From IMG/VR virus record IMGVR_UViG_3300030110_000139, positions 1-57,637 of that record: DNA of 57,637 bases; one strand, written 5' to 3'. This stretch comes from a virus. Taxonomy: Duplodnaviria > Caudoviricetes. The notes beneath the pieces were generated by a model, which made no database searches, was not told the origin of the DNA, and saw nothing but the letters and a program-made list of their open reading frames with translations. Positions 57,054 to 57,637 of the stretch are shown one piece after another. A program made the translations under genes and the position numbers. The number at the start of each line of letters is the position of its first letter. Position 1 is the stretch's first letter.

Positions 57054-57530
57054 TTACTCTCCTGTCTCTGGGTTAACCATTCTTGATTTTGTCATATCTA
57101 CAACTCCACCCTCACTAGCCATCATAATTGATCGCTTCTGAATACTAAAAGCACCTCCTGGCTTTGGCGTAATATCCAAAGTTTGTGGCTTTGCTCTTAC
57201 TTTAGTCCTTTTTGCTAGTTTTTTCAAATTTTTTGTTAATGCTGCGTCTTTACGCTTTTGCATATCAACTGTCTTAATACCTGTCTTACCTTTTTCTATG
57301 TTGGTAATCATCTTTGCTAAACCTTTGAGAGGGTCTACATTTCCACCAGCTTTAAATAATTTTAACTGTTTTATTTTGCCAGGATTAACTTGTTTTATTT
57401 TAGACCCTTTATCAAACATACGATTATTTGTATCTTTTCCTCTTGCCTGCAAGTCTTTGTAAACCATGTCTCTGTCAGCTTGCTCACTTGCAAGACCTAC
57501 AAATTTGCTAAAGTCTTTTTTGCCTGGCAT
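57054..57530 (-). CDS. Allele B of the protein at 510-803 with an extra N-terminal extension
   Basis: Homology begins right after FKAGG. Confidence 0.8.
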   Translation of the reverse strand: MPGKKDFSKFVGLASEQADRDMVYKDLQARGKDTNNRMFDKGSKIKQVNPGKIKQLKLFKAGGNVDPLKGLAKMITNIEKGKTGIKTVDMQKRKDAALTKNLKKLAKRTKVRAKPQTLDITPKPGGAFSIQKRSIMMASEGGVVDMTKSRMVNPETGE

Positions 57531-57637
57531 TAGTAATACTCCATCTTTCTTCTATAGTTAGGTTCAAACTCTTCATCGTCTGGCGTAGTGATAAAACCAC
57601 CTTGCCTAAATCTTAGTATAGCCTGAGTCATCGAATC
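57530..57637 (-). CDS. terL: 3' end of terL, second allele (partial)
   Basis: Matches 803-910 with five synonymous substitutions. Confidence 0.9.
   Translation of the reverse strand, partial: DSMTQAILRFRQGGFITTPDDEEFEPNYRRKMEYY

Overview
The window is an essentially complete AT-rich dsDNA phage genome of about 56.6 kb with a podovirus-type gene set, resembling uncultured marine phages; the host cannot be determined. Almost all real genes lie on the minus strand. The contig overruns the circle: 1-77 is identical to 56572-56648, and 56649-57637 is a second, divergent allele of 78-910. Modules are packaging (terL, terS, portal), head (GroES, scaffold, major capsid, many small basic proteins), tail, fibre and ejection proteins, lysozyme and holin, replication/recombination (primase-helicase, SF2 helicase, Sak4-like ATPase, SSB-like protein, nucleases), a DNA-modification block and an early region. 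No DNA polymerase, integrase, tRNA or CRISPR array was recognised. Most notable: (1) an unannotated ~83-nt small RNA with its own sigma70 promoter, two GNRA hairpins and a terminator, whose linker is antisense to the ribosome-binding leaders of five early-region genes; (2) a recurring x-x-x-GG protein motif that marks the module boundaries at which the two terminal alleles differ, suggesting processed virion polyproteins; (3) a C5 methyltransferase with a nested alternative-frame partner carrying seven repeats; (4) a VUT transporter + mini-QueF-like + TGT/DpdA-like cassette; (5) two GC-rich noncoding islands packed with oriented short motifs. All calls come from reading motifs by eye; no database searches were run.
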